DNA of 53,857 bases. It comes from an uncultured Pseudomonadota bacterium (GTDB lineage Bacteria > SAR324 > NAC60-12). Below, piece by piece: positions 42,818-52,450 of the stretch. Within the stretch, counting starts at the first letter, position 1, and each line of letters begins with the position of its first letter. Position numbers and translations under genes: made by a program. The notes beneath the pieces were generated by a model. The model saw only the letters and a program-made list of their open reading frames with translations. It ran no database searches and had not been told where the DNA came from. The stretch is from positions 1-53,857 of the forward strand of contig CAZQXS010000007.1 in assembly GCA_964597275.1 (NCBI GenBank), written 5' to 3'.

Positions 42818-44696
42818 TGCTTACCCGGACTGGGCTTCGATGGACAGGAACCCGCAACGGTCCATTGCTGTCGGCGACCGCGTCTTTCTGCAACTCCTGC
42901 TGTGGTCGTTGCTCTTTGCGGGGTACTCCAGCTTTTTCGTGATTTCTGCTCCGGTGGCAACGGAGACCAAATGGCAGATGGGAATCAGCACGATTCTCAA
43001 CTCCATGTTCCTCTTCACCTTGCTCCAGGCGCTTTTCCTCATCCTCCGGCTCCTTGGAAACACCCTCGTCCGCTGGCTGCTGATCGCCTGTTGCGCCCTT
43101 TCGATCCCGCTGTTGGTGATTGACTTCCTCGTCTTCCAGCAGTTCAAGTTCCACATCAACAGCTTTGTGCTGAAGGTGATGCTCCAGCCCAACATCTTTG
43201 AAGCCCTCAACCTAGGCTGGCGGGAGGGGCTGACGGCACTGCTGGTCTTGGGAGTCGGCCTCGCGGCGGCAGTCGCCCTCTGGCACAGCACCGGAATGGC
43301 GTGGATGCAACCGCTCCGGAGAGGGGTTTCCGGGCCGTGGCGCAAGCTGGGACTCTGCCTGTTGATCTTTCTGGCAACGCTCGGCGACAAAACTTTTTTT
43401 GCCTGGCAGTTGTTTCAGGCCAACACGGAGATTTACCTTGTGGGGAGGCGCGTCCCTCTCTACATTCCCGTGCAAATGAGCCGGAATTTTGAGAAGCTCG
43501 GATTTGTACAGCCCGAAACCGCCGGGCCTGTGAAAGCTCACCACTCCCAGACGGTGCGCTACCCCTTGCAGCCCGTTCCCTTTCCAGAAGCCCAGCCAGC
43601 GTACCCCAACATCTTCCTGCTGATTTCCGAGAAAATGCGGCATGACATCATCAACCCCGAAGTCACACCGAGAATCCAGAACCACGTCCGCTGCTGCTTC
43701 ACCAAGTTCCAGAACCACTACTCGGCCTCCAATGCCTCCGCCGGGGGCTTGTTTGGAATGTTCTACAGCCTGCCCGCCAACTACCAGGATGCCTTTGGGA
43801 AAGCGCAGGTGGCTCCGGTGTTGCTGGATCTGCTGGAAGCCCGAGGCTACGAGTTCGCCTTGCTGGCCAAGGAAGACTTGGGGTACTTTGGCACCGACGA
43901 GATCATCTTCAACAAACTCCGCAGCCACATCCGGGACCGGTTCCCTTCGGAATCGAAAATGATTGACCACGCCCTGCAAGTGCTGGATGACCGGAAGCAG
44001 CGCAAGGCTTCGCGCCCGCTGTTCCTCTTGATCATTCACGATGCGCCTCACCACCCGCAGTTTGTGAGCGAGCAGTACCAGCGTTTCCAGCCTGCCGAGT
44101 ACATGCCGCTCTTCAACCCGGAAATCCCGGAACACCGCGTGCGGGCCTCCAACCAGTTCAAGAACGCCTACAGCCTCGTGGATGACGAGATGGGGCGGCT
44201 ACTGGATGCCGTGAAAGCGCAGGGGTATTTTGACAATTCGGTCATCGTCGTCACCGGAGACCACGGCCATGAGGAATACGAACACGGCTACTGGGGCCAC
44301 TCCTCCGCCTTCACCAAGGAGCAGACGCAGGTCAGCTTTTTCATGCACCTGCCCGGACAGGCCGAGTACGAGGAGGTCTCCCGGCTCACCTCGCATCTGG
44401 ACCTCGTTCCGACCTTCTTGGAGGTGATGAACGAGCAACTGCCCTTGCAGCACTTCGCGCTGGGCGAGTCCTTGCTGGCACCCGCAAAACGGGAGTACAT
44501 CATGATGGGCGGCATGGCCAACAGCGTGCTGTTTGATGGCCGAGTCAAGATCGACTACACTCCCTTCGAGGGCATCGCGCTCTACCGGGTGGTGGACCAC
44601 GACGATGAGCCGCTGGCCAATTCCGATGCCTTGATTGTGGAGTACACTCCCTTGCTGCTGGACATGTTTGAGAAGTTCGGGCGCTTCTACCGCTGA
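42807..44696 (+). CDS. YejM/PbgA/LapC-like inner-membrane protein with periplasmic sulfatase-fold domain
   Basis: Five N-terminal TM helices, then [14 protein letters not shown] (compare E. coli YejM GIFGLFYGISPSY, from memory) and [19 protein letters not shown]. The start is ambiguous: 42780 TTG, 42807 ATG overlapping the lgt end, or 42840 ATG. Confidence 0.7.
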   Translation: MTPDAYPDWASMDRNPQRSIAVGDRVFLQLLLWSLLFAGYSSFFVISAPVATETKWQMGISTILNSMFLFTLLQALFLILRLLGNTLVRWLLIACCALSIPLLVIDFLVFQQFKFHINSFVLKVMLQPNIFEALNLGWREGLTALLVLGVGLAAAVALWHSTGMAWMQPLRRGVSGPWRKLGLCLLIFLATLGDKTFFAWQLFQANTEIYLVGRRVPLYIPVQMSRNFEKLGFVQPETAGPVKAHHSQTVRYPLQPVPFPEAQPAYPNIFLLISEKMRHDIINPEVTPRIQNHVRCCFTKFQNHYSASNASAGGLFGMFYSLPANYQDAFGKAQVAPVLLDLLEARGYEFALLAKEDLGYFGTDEIIFNKLRSHIRDRFPSESKMIDHALQVLDDRKQRKASRPLFLLIIHDAPHHPQFVSEQYQRFQPAEYMPLFNPEIPEHRVRASNQFKNAYSLVDDEMGRLLDAVKAQGYFDNSVIVVTGDHGHEEYEHGYWGHSSAFTKEQTQVSFFMHLPGQAEYEEVSRLTSHLDLVPTFLEVMNEQLPLQHFALGESLLAPAKREYIMMGGMANSVLFDGRVKIDYTPFEGIALYRVVDHDDEPLANSDALIVEYTPLLLDMFEKFGRFYR

Positions 44697-44781
44697 TCCG
44701 GGTTTGCTTTGTCTTTGCGCAGACAGTGTGTTAGTTTCCCGGAAAAACCAGAAGCTTTCTTCAACACCTTCACAAACCAAC

Positions 44782-47655
44782 ATGAGCACACTCACTGAAC
44801 TCCTTCAGCAAGATGATTTCCACCAGCGGCACATCGGCTTTCAGGGCACCGACCGCGACGCAATGCTCCAAACTGTTGGGGCGGAATCCTTGGACGATTT
44901 GATGGACCAGGCCGTGCCTGCCACCATTCGGATGTCCGGCGAACTGGAGCTTCCGGGGCCGCGAACCGAAGCCGAAGCCCTTGACGAACTGGCCGAAATG
45001 GCGGGCAAGAATCAGGTGCTGAAGTCCTTCATCGGCATGGGCTACCACGACACGATCACCCCCAGCGTGATCCTGCGGAACCTGCTGGAGCATCCGGGCT
45101 GGTACACCGCCTACACGCCGTACCAGGCGGAGATTTCGCAGGGGCGGCTGGAAATGCTGCTGAACTTCCAGCAGGTGATCATGGACCTCACGGGCATGGA
45201 TGTCGCCAACGCCTCCCTGCTGGACGAAGCCACGGCAGCAGCAGAGGCGATGACCTTCTGCAAGCGCGTTTCCCGCAGCAAGTCGAACCGCTTTTTTGCC
45301 TCGGAGGATTGCCATCCGCAAACGCTGGATGTCCTCAAAACCCGAGCCGAGCCGCTGGGTTTGGAACTGGTCATTGGCAACCCGTGGGACGGGTGCGAGG
45401 ACGCCTATGGCGTGTTGCTTCAGTCTCCCGGAACCTTCGGCGACATCTCCAGCCTTGGCGAACTGTCGGCGCAGTGGCAGGAGCGCGGCGCAATGGTGGC
45501 TGTGGCGGCGGACTTGCTCAGCCTCGTCCTGCTCAAGCCTCCGGGGGAATTCGGGGCCGATGTGGTGGTGGGGAGCGCCCAGCGCTTTGGCGTGCCGATG
45601 GGCTATGGCGGCCCTCATGCAGGATTCTTCGCCACCCGCGACCCCCACAAGCGCGCCATGCCCGGACGCCTCATCGGGCTGTCTGTGGACCGACGTGGCA
45701 AGATGGCCCTGCGCATGGCCCTGCAAACCCGTGAGCAGCACATCCGGCGCGAGAAGGCCACCAGCAACATCTGCACGGCACAGGTGCTGCTAGCCAACGT
45801 CGCGGCGGCCTATGCGCTCTACCACGGCCCGGAAGGACTGACCACCATCGCCCGGCGAGTGCATCACCTCACGAGCCTGCTCGCCTGCGGACTCCGGAAA
45901 GCCGGGCTGGGCACGAATGCGACGTTCTTCGACACCCTCACCGTCAATGTTCCGGATGCGGATGCGGTGCATCAGCGCACGGTCGCCGTCGGCATGAACC
46001 TGCGGAAAATTGACGCGAACCGTGTGGGCATCAGCTTGGACGAAACAACCACTCCGGAGGATGTCACCCGATTGCTGGAGGCGCTGTGTCCGGAGGCAGC
46101 CACGCCTTCCCTCACGGAACTCGCGCAGGAATCGGAGCAAGCGGGGCTGGGCATTCCACAGGGGATGCGGCGCACCTCGGAGTTTCTCACGCATCCGGTC
46201 TTCCACGAGCATCGCTCCGAAACCGCGATGATGCGCTACCTCAAGCGGCTGGAGGGCAAGGACATCGCACTGGACCGGGCGATGATCCCCTTGGGGTCTT
46301 GCACGATGAAGCTCAATGCCGCCACCGAAATGCGACCCGTCACCTGGCCGGAGTTTGGACGGATGCACCCCTTTGCTCCGGTCGAGCAGGCCGCAGGCTA
46401 TGCCGAACTGATCGGGGGCTTGGAAGCCATGCTTTGCCAACTCACAGGCTTTGACGCCGTTTCCATGCAGCCGAACTCCGGGGCGCAGGGAGAATACGCG
46501 GGCCTGCTGGTGATCCGCAAGTACCACCAAAGCCGGGGCGAGGGGCACCGCGAAGTCTGCCTGATCCCCAGTTCCGCCCACGGCACCAATCCCGCCAGTG
46601 CCGCAATGCAGAGCATGAAGGTCGTCATCGTCAAGTGTGATTCGGACGGCAACATTGACATGGCGGACCTCCGGGAAAAGGCCGAAAAACACGCCGACCA
46701 CCTTTCCGCCCTGATGATCACCTATCCCTCCACCCACGGGGTTTTTGAGCCGACGATCACGGAAATCTGCAAGATCATCCACCAGCACGGCGGACAGGTG
46801 TACATGGACGGGGCCAACCTCAACGCCCTCGTCGGCATCGCGCAACCGGGATTGTACGGGGCGGACGTTTCGCACATGAACCTGCACAAGACCTTCTGCA
46901 TCCCACACGGCGGAGGCGGTCCCGGCATGGGGCCGATCGGCATGAAGGCACACTTGGCCCCGTTCATGGCAAGCCATGCGGTGGTGCCGCCTGCGGGAAC
47001 CGATCCCGCCCAGTCGGCCATCTCCGCCGCACCGTGGGGCAGTCCGAGCATCCTGCCCATCTCGTGGTCCTACATCCGCATGATGGGCAACTCCGGCCTC
47101 AAGCTCGCCACGCAAGCAGCGATCCTCGCCGCCAATTACCTCGCCAAGCGGCTGGACGGCGAGTTTCCAGTCCTCTACACCGGACAGAACGACCGCGTGG
47201 CCCACGAGTGCATCATTGACATCCGGGGCATCAAGGAGTCTTCGGGGATCACGGAGGAGGATGTGGCCAAGCGGCTCATTGACTACGGATTCCACGCGCC
47301 CACGATGTCGTGGCCCGTGCCCGGAACCCTGATGATCGAACCGACCGAAAGCGAACCCAAGGCGGAACTGGACCGCTTTTGCAACACGATGCTGCTGATC
47401 CGTGAGGAAATCGCCAAGGTGGAGTCGGGCGAATGGGACCGCGAGGACAATCCCCTGAAAAACGCACCGCACACGCTGGACGACCTCATGGACGACTGGA
47501 CGCACCCGTACACCAAAGCCGAGGCGGTCTATCCGGACCCCGCCCTCAAGCACAACAAGTACTGGCCTGTCGTCAACCGCATTGACAACGTTTATGGCGA
47601 CCGCAACGTGGTCTGCTCGTGCCCGCCCCCAGAAGCCTATGAGGATTCAGAATGA
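44782..47655 (+). CDS. gcvP: glycine dehydrogenase (decarboxylating), single-chain P-protein
   Basis: Start at [19 protein letters not shown] (ATG 44782); the track ORF begins at 44635. PLP-lysine region [21 protein letters not shown]. 957 aa. Confidence 0.95.
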   Translation: MSTLTELLQQDDFHQRHIGFQGTDRDAMLQTVGAESLDDLMDQAVPATIRMSGELELPGPRTEAEALDELAEMAGKNQVLKSFIGMGYHDTITPSVILRNLLEHPGWYTAYTPYQAEISQGRLEMLLNFQQVIMDLTGMDVANASLLDEATAAAEAMTFCKRVSRSKSNRFFASEDCHPQTLDVLKTRAEPLGLELVIGNPWDGCEDAYGVLLQSPGTFGDISSLGELSAQWQERGAMVAVAADLLSLVLLKPPGEFGADVVVGSAQRFGVPMGYGGPHAGFFATRDPHKRAMPGRLIGLSVDRRGKMALRMALQTREQHIRREKATSNICTAQVLLANVAAAYALYHGPEGLTTIARRVHHLTSLLACGLRKAGLGTNATFFDTLTVNVPDADAVHQRTVAVGMNLRKIDANRVGISLDETTTPEDVTRLLEALCPEAATPSLTELAQESEQAGLGIPQGMRRTSEFLTHPVFHEHRSETAMMRYLKRLEGKDIALDRAMIPLGSCTMKLNAATEMRPVTWPEFGRMHPFAPVEQAAGYAELIGGLEAMLCQLTGFDAVSMQPNSGAQGEYAGLLVIRKYHQSRGEGHREVCLIPSSAHGTNPASAAMQSMKVVIVKCDSDGNIDMADLREKAEKHADHLSALMITYPSTHGVFEPTITEICKIIHQHGGQVYMDGANLNALVGIAQPGLYGADVSHMNLHKTFCIPHGGGGPGMGPIGMKAHLAPFMASHAVVPPAGTDPAQSAISAAPWGSPSILPISWSYIRMMGNSGLKLATQAAILAANYLAKRLDGEFPVLYTGQNDRVAHECIIDIRGIKESSGITEEDVAKRLIDYGFHAPTMSWPVPGTLMIEPTESEPKAELDRFCNTMLLIREEIAKVESGEWDREDNPLKNAPHTLDDLMDDWTHPYTKAEAVYPDPALKHNKYWPVVNRIDNVYGDRNVVCSCPPPEAYEDSE

Positions 47656-47670
47656 AGCCAGGGTTTTCCA

Positions 47671-48378
47671 GTGGATGACCTACGTCACAGTCCGCTTACG
47701 GGAATTCAGTTCGATCTCGACTACGCCGCGTATGAGGCGGATCAGGCACTCAACCAGTCCACGCTGAAACGCCTGCTGGCCCCGGAGTGGGGAGACACGA
47801 GCGATCCCCACCGCCAGCAAGCCCTTGGGTTTGGGAGCGCCGGACACTGCCTGCTGCTGGAGCCGGAACGGTTTTTGGAGGAGTACACCCGGAATCCGGA
47901 CGGCACCCTGTCCACGCCTGAAAGCGAACAGCCGCTGCAGGTGGGAACGTGGGAGGCGTTGATGAACGCCCAGCAGGCGTTTTGGGTGCATCCTGACATC
48001 AAGCGGCTGTTTGTCTCCGGGCATCCAGAGGTGTCGCTGTTTTGGAAAATCCCGGAATCGCAAATCTCCTGCAAGGGGCGGCTGGACTGGTGGAACCCTG
48101 AGATCGGGGCCATCGTTGACCTCAAATTCACCAGCGGATCCGGACGCGACTTCGTCCGCAGCCTCGTGGCCCGTCGGCATCTGGACCTGCAACTCGCGTG
48201 GTACCAGCAGGGCGTTCAGGAGGCCGTGGGCGTTGAGGCGCAAGCTTGGGTCATCGTGATCGAAAAATCGCACCCCCACCAAGTCTGCACCCACCAACTG
48301 TCGGCGCGGGAACTGACATCCGGGCGCAGGAAAATCCAAAAAACGCTGGCCCTTTGGCAACGCACACCCGCTCCATGA
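47671..48378 (+). CDS. PD-(D/E)XK nuclease, RecE/exonuclease VIII C-domain-like (DUF3799-type)
   Basis: GSAGHCLLLEPERF, then E...D...DxK...QxxxY: HPEVSLFW...CKGRLDWW...AIVDLKFT...DLQLAWYQQG. 235 aa with a GTG start. The family assignment is from remembered motifs. Confidence 0.6.
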   Translation: MDDLRHSPLTGIQFDLDYAAYEADQALNQSTLKRLLAPEWGDTSDPHRQQALGFGSAGHCLLLEPERFLEEYTRNPDGTLSTPESEQPLQVGTWEALMNAQQAFWVHPDIKRLFVSGHPEVSLFWKIPESQISCKGRLDWWNPEIGAIVDLKFTSGSGRDFVRSLVARRHLDLQLAWYQQGVQEAVGVEAQAWVIVIEKSHPHQVCTHQLSARELTSGRRKIQKTLALWQRTPAP

Positions 48379-48599
48379 GTTGGAAACGACGGCCCTCACA
48401 AATCGTGCTGGCACTGGCACTGGGCAGTGGTTGCCTGATGTCCTGCACCCCCTCGCCCTCGCCCAATGAAGCGAACTACGCCGCCTGCCAGACCTTGGTG
48501 GAACAGGACCGCAGTGTTGCCCGACGTGCGAAATTCTACAGCTATTCCCCGAAAAAATTCGATGCCTGCCGCGCCCCCTATCGCTTCACCCTTGAATGA
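48375..48599 (+). CDS. 74-aa putative lipoprotein
   Basis: MSWKRRPSQIVLALALGSGCLMSC... (lipobox-like LGSGC / LMSC). The ATG overlaps the nuclease stop (ATGA at 48375-48378). The track ORF 48246..48599 starts further upstream, inside the nuclease gene. Confidence 0.45.
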   Translation: MSWKRRPSQIVLALALGSGCLMSCTPSPSPNEANYAACQTLVEQDRSVARRAKFYSYSPKKFDACRAPYRFTLE

Positions 48600-48735
48600 A
48601 AATCCACGCTTGGCCCACCAATGGGTTTGCGCTTTCCAACCCGCCTTGCTAACGTGTTACGGTTTGAAAGCTTTGGCATCTGACCCGTAAGATCCGCTAC
48701 TCACTGATGACAACGAAACCCGAAAGGAAGTCCGT

Positions 48736-50634
48736 ATGAAGCGTCTGGTTTTGACCGGTGCAACGTTGCTTTTGGCCGCTTGCACAGCCTTTGCCGCTGG
48801 AGACTCGAACCGTGGTGCAGTGCTTTATGAGAACTGCGCCACCTGCCACGGCGACAATGCCGGGGGGATGTACCTCTCCAACGCACCCGCGCTTGCTGGC
48901 CAGTACGACTGGTACCTTGAAGCACAGCTCAAGAACTTCCAGAGCGGAGTGCGCGGCACGCACGCAGGGGATGTGCAGGGACAGATGATGAAGCCCTTCT
49001 CGCTCACTCTCGTTGATGAAAAGGCGGTCGCGGACGTGGTGGCCTACATCGGCACTCTGAAGGCGGAGCCGCAAGCCGCCAAGCTGGCAGGCGACGCAGG
49101 GGCGGGCAAATCGGCCTACGGCACCTGCGCGGCTTGTCACGGCGCAAATGGCGAAGGCAACCCCGCCCTCAAGGCTCCCAGGCTTTCCGGGCTTCCAGAC
49201 TGGTACATCGCCGGGCAGCTCCACAGCTTCAAGCAGGGATTCCGCGGATCGCGTTCCGACGATGCGAACGGCCTGACCATGCGCCCGATGACCCTTGCGC
49301 TGGACGATGCCGCGATCAATAACCTCGCCACCTACATCAGCGGGTTTTCCAGAGACGCTTCTGCCGCAGGAACCGCCGCCGCAAGCTCGTCCACCTCCGG
49401 CACCGCCACTTCCACCACTGCAAGCGGCCTGCTTGTGGCCAAGGTCAGTGGCGAGCATGTGCCCTACAGCAATCCGCTTGAGGCGGACAACGCCCTTTAC
49501 GCCACCTGCGCCTCCTGTCACGGCAACGAAGGCGAAGGCAATGCCAAGCTCAACGCCCCACGGCTGGCCGGACAAGAGGACTGGTACCTCTCCCGGCAGT
49601 TGCAGAACTGGAAGGACGGCATCCGGGGTGCCCATCCCGAAGACGTGTTCGGAATGCAGATGCGCCCAATGGCGGCCTCCCTGCAAAGCGGGCAGATCCA
49701 AAAGCTGGCGACGCACATTGCCGGATTGGCCGGGGATTATCCCGAAGCGACGCTGGACGGTGACGTGAAGGCCGGAGCCGCCGCATTCAACACCTGCGTG
49801 GCCTGCCACGGTGCAAACGGCGAAGGCAACCCAGCCCTCAACGCCCCCAAGTTGCAGGGGTTGCCGGATTGGTACGTGGCCCGGCAGCTTCAAGCCTTCA
49901 AGGCCGGAATTCGCGGACAGAACCCGCGTGACCAATACGGCCAGCAAATGCGCCCGATGGCGGCGGGCCTGAGCGACGAGGCGGTCATTGACGTGTCCAG
50001 CTTCATCGCCACCCTTCGGCCCGGAATCGAGCCGCTCAAGGTGGCAGCCGCCGCATCTTCCTCCACTTCCGGCGGCGGCGGATCGGCGGCAGGCAAAGCC
50101 GCCTACGGAACCTGCCTCGCGTGTCACGGAGCCAACGGCGAGGGCAACCAAGCCCTCAATGCCCCACGGCTCGCCGGACAGCAAAGCTGGTACATGGAGC
50201 GGCAGCTTCACAACTTCCGCAAGGGCATCCGGGGCACTCACGCCGATGATGCCTTTGGCAAGACGATGGCCCCAATGGCCGCAGGGCTGGCCAACGATCA
50301 GGCGGTCAGCGACGTTTCAGCCTACGCCGCCACGCTTTCCGGAGCCAAGTCCGCCGCCACGTTGGGCGGAGACGCAACGGCAGGACAAGCCGCTTATGCC
50401 ACCTGCGTGGCCTGCCACGGCGCGAATGGCGAAGGCAACCAAGCCCTCAATGCGCCCAAGCTCGGAGGGCTTCAGGACTGGTACGTCGCCCGGCAGCTCA
50501 AGAATTTCAAGAACGGTGTCCGGGGAAGCCATGCCGAGGACACCTTCGGCAAGACGATGGCCCCGATGGCCCTGACGTTGGATGACGCGGCGGTCAACAA
50601 CGTTTCCGCCTACATCGCCACGCTTCCGGAGTAA
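48736..50634 (+). CDS. hexaheme c-type cytochrome lipoprotein made of six class-I (cytochrome c4-like) domains
   Basis: Signal/lipobox MKRLVLTGATLLLAAC. Six CxxCH sites (CATCH, CAACH, CASCH, CVACH, CLACH, CVACH). Each is followed by ...AP+L.G...WY...QL..F+.G.RG... and a distal Met (MRPM/MAPM/MKPF). Ser/Thr/Ala/Gly linkers follow domains 2 and 4. Confidence 0.85.
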   Translation: MKRLVLTGATLLLAACTAFAAGDSNRGAVLYENCATCHGDNAGGMYLSNAPALAGQYDWYLEAQLKNFQSGVRGTHAGDVQGQMMKPFSLTLVDEKAVADVVAYIGTLKAEPQAAKLAGDAGAGKSAYGTCAACHGANGEGNPALKAPRLSGLPDWYIAGQLHSFKQGFRGSRSDDANGLTMRPMTLALDDAAINNLATYISGFSRDASAAGTAAASSSTSGTATSTTASGLLVAKVSGEHVPYSNPLEADNALYATCASCHGNEGEGNAKLNAPRLAGQEDWYLSRQLQNWKDGIRGAHPEDVFGMQMRPMAASLQSGQIQKLATHIAGLAGDYPEATLDGDVKAGAAAFNTCVACHGANGEGNPALNAPKLQGLPDWYVARQLQAFKAGIRGQNPRDQYGQQMRPMAAGLSDEAVIDVSSFIATLRPGIEPLKVAAAASSSTSGGGGSAAGKAAYGTCLACHGANGEGNQALNAPRLAGQQSWYMERQLHNFRKGIRGTHADDAFGKTMAPMAAGLANDQAVSDVSAYAATLSGAKSAATLGGDATAGQAAYATCVACHGANGEGNQALNAPKLGGLQDWYVARQLKNFKNGVRGSHAEDTFGKTMAPMALTLDDAAVNNVSAYIATLPE

Positions 50635-50672
50635 GCCCACACAGGCTTACACACATCATAGCGTTTGTCTTT

Positions 50673-50705
50673 CTCGCTCGTCCTGAGTTGGTCAGCACGA
50701 GCGAG
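50673..50705 (+). other. intercistronic hairpin between the two cytochrome genes
   Basis: CTCGCTCGT (50673-50681) pairs perfectly with ACGAGCGAG (50697-50705) around a 15-nt loop that can pair further (CTGA/TCAG). There is no following T-tract, so it is more likely an mRNA stability or processing element than a terminator. Confidence 0.4.
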
Positions 50706-50741
50706 GGTTCACCTTCCCAGCACCCTCTCCAAAGCAGAATC

Positions 50742-51374
50742 ATGAAAAACACCGCTCGCAGAGTGACCCTCGCCTTTTTGGGAATTGCCCTTGCGTTCAC
50801 GGCGCAGGCACAGGGAGACGCCAAGCGCGGCAAGCAAGCCTATGCGGTTTGTCAAGCCTGCCACGGGGCCAACGGCGAGGGCAACAAAGTCCTCAATGCG
50901 CCACGGCTTGCCGGACAGGAAGACTGGTATGTCGCCCGGCAGCTCCAGAACTTCAAGGCCGGGATTCGCGGCGCCCACCCCAAGGACACCTTCGGGATGC
51001 AGATGCGACCGATGGCGATGACCCTGCCCACGGATCAGGCGGTTCAGGACGTGGCCGCCTACACCGCCACCCTCAAGGCTCCGGCAGCAGCTCCGACGAT
51101 GAAAGGCGACACCAAGGCCGGAAAAGCTGCCTATGCGGTCTGTCAGGCGTGTCATGGAGCCAACGGCGAGGGCAACAAAGTCCTCAATGCGCCACGGCTT
51201 GCCGGACAGGAAGACTGGTATGTCGCCCGGCAGCTCCAGAACTTCAAGGCCGGGATTCGCGGCGCCCACCCCAAGGACACCTTCGGGATGCAGATGCGAC
51301 CGATGGCGATGACGCTTGCCAACGATGCCGCGATCAACAACGTCGCTGCCTACATCGCCACGCTCAAAGAGTGA
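50742..51374 (+). CDS. diheme cytochrome c4-like protein
   Basis: Start at MKNTARRVTLAFLGIALAFTAQAQG (ATG 50742); the track ORF begins at 50688. Two CQACH sites, and two near-identical ~97-aa domains. Confidence 0.9.
   Translation: MKNTARRVTLAFLGIALAFTAQAQGDAKRGKQAYAVCQACHGANGEGNKVLNAPRLAGQEDWYVARQLQNFKAGIRGAHPKDTFGMQMRPMAMTLPTDQAVQDVAAYTATLKAPAAAPTMKGDTKAGKAAYAVCQACHGANGEGNKVLNAPRLAGQEDWYVARQLQNFKAGIRGAHPKDTFGMQMRPMAMTLANDAAINNVAAYIATLKE
50868..51022 (+). repeat. copy 1 of a 155-nt perfect direct repeat inside the diheme cytochrome gene
   Basis: GCCAACGGCGAGGGCAACAAAG...CGATGGCGATGAC is identical base-for-base to 51159-51313 (offset 291 nt = 97 codons), checked by eye across the full length. 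Confidence 0.9.
51159..51313 (+). repeat. copy 2 of the 155-nt perfect direct repeat
   Basis: Identical to 50868-51022. Immediately flanking codons of the two domains differ at synonymous positions (TGTCAAGCCTGCCACGGG vs TGTCAGGCGTGTCATGGA). Confidence 0.9.
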
Positions 51375-51386
51375 GCGGTTCGCCCG

Positions 51387-52448
51387 ATGCGCCTCTTCTT
51401 TGAAAAGCGGACGACCACCACTCCGCTGGGACACACCGCCACCATCGTCGGTGCGGTGGTGCTGGCCTTGGTGTTGGGGGCCGGATTCCTCGCGCTGGTG
51501 GGAGTCAACCCGCTGGAAGCCTACGCGCTGGTGGTGGAAGAGGTGTTCCTGTCTGGCTACGGGTGGCAGGACTTGCTGGTGAAGTTCACCCCGCTGCTCT
51601 TCACGGGCTGTGCGGTCGCGCTGGCCGCGCAGATGCGGCTCTGGAATATTGGGGCGGAAGGGCAGTTCCACATGGGCACCGTGTTCGTGACGTGGGGATC
51701 GCTGCACCTCAACCCGGACACCTGGGGCTGGAGCATGATCCTGATCATGGGCCTGCTGGCCGTCGCCGGAGGCGGACTCTGGGGGAGCATTCCGGGAGTG
51801 CTGAAATCCCGCTTTGGCGTGAATGAGATCATCACCTCGCTACTGCTCAACTACGTTGCGGTGGCGTGGGTGGACCAGCATCTGTTTGGCAGTTGGCGCG
51901 ATCCGGCAAGCAATAATTTTCCGATCACGCGAGAATTCGCAGAGGTCGCTCGCCTGCCCTCCTTCGGCTACACTTCCGTTCACTTTGGACTCATCCTCGC
52001 CCTAGTCGTTGTCCTCGTGATGGCGTGGGTGCTGCTCAAAACCAAGCTCGGCTTCCAAATCCAGCTCACGGGCGACAATCCGGACGCGGCGGGCTACGCC
52101 GGTGTGAACGGACGCCTGCTCATCATCCTCGTCTTCGCCTTCAGCGGGGCCATCGCCGGACTTGCGGGCTTCTCGGAAGTCACCGGGATTCATTATCGGC
52201 TTCAGCAAAACATCTCCATCGGCTATGGTTACACGGGCATCATCGTCGCGTGGCTGGCCCGCAACCACCCGCTCGGCATCCTGCTCTCCGCGCTTTTCAT
52301 GGCAGTGATCTTCGTCAGCGCGGAAGTGCTGCAAATTGAATACGGACTCCCGATTGCGATGGTCTATCTGTATCAGGGCGTGATCCTCTTCACCGTGCTG
52401 GGATCCGAAATCTTCACGGAGTACAGGCTCCGACTCCGAACCGCCTAG
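51387..52448 (+). CDS. ABC transporter permease (BPD_transp_2 / Bmp-nucleoside or simple-sugar type)
   Basis: 353 aa and polytopic. LWNIGAEGQFHMG motif. Starts 13 nt after the cytochrome stop. Confidence 0.85.
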   Translation: MRLFFEKRTTTTPLGHTATIVGAVVLALVLGAGFLALVGVNPLEAYALVVEEVFLSGYGWQDLLVKFTPLLFTGCAVALAAQMRLWNIGAEGQFHMGTVFVTWGSLHLNPDTWGWSMILIMGLLAVAGGGLWGSIPGVLKSRFGVNEIITSLLLNYVAVAWVDQHLFGSWRDPASNNFPITREFAEVARLPSFGYTSVHFGLILALVVVLVMAWVLLKTKLGFQIQLTGDNPDAAGYAGVNGRLLIILVFAFSGAIAGLAGFSEVTGIHYRLQQNISIGYGYTGIIVAWLARNHPLGILLSALFMAVIFVSAEVLQIEYGLPIAMVYLYQGVILFTVLGSEIFTEYRLRLRTA

Positions 52449-52450
52449 CA

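Noticed and set aside
44697-44781. Possible glycine riboswitch in the gcvP leader
   Set aside because: The leader is only 85 nt. I could not find the conserved GGAGAG...CACCG-type cores or tandem aptamer helices by eye. An Infernal scan would settle it.
48697-51707. Minus-strand ORFs 48697..50241 (514 aa) and 50709..51707 (332 aa) over the cytochrome genes
   Set aside because: The plus strand gives eight regularly spaced CxxCH haem sites with signal peptides. The antisense frames are Gly/Arg/Val-rich artefacts.
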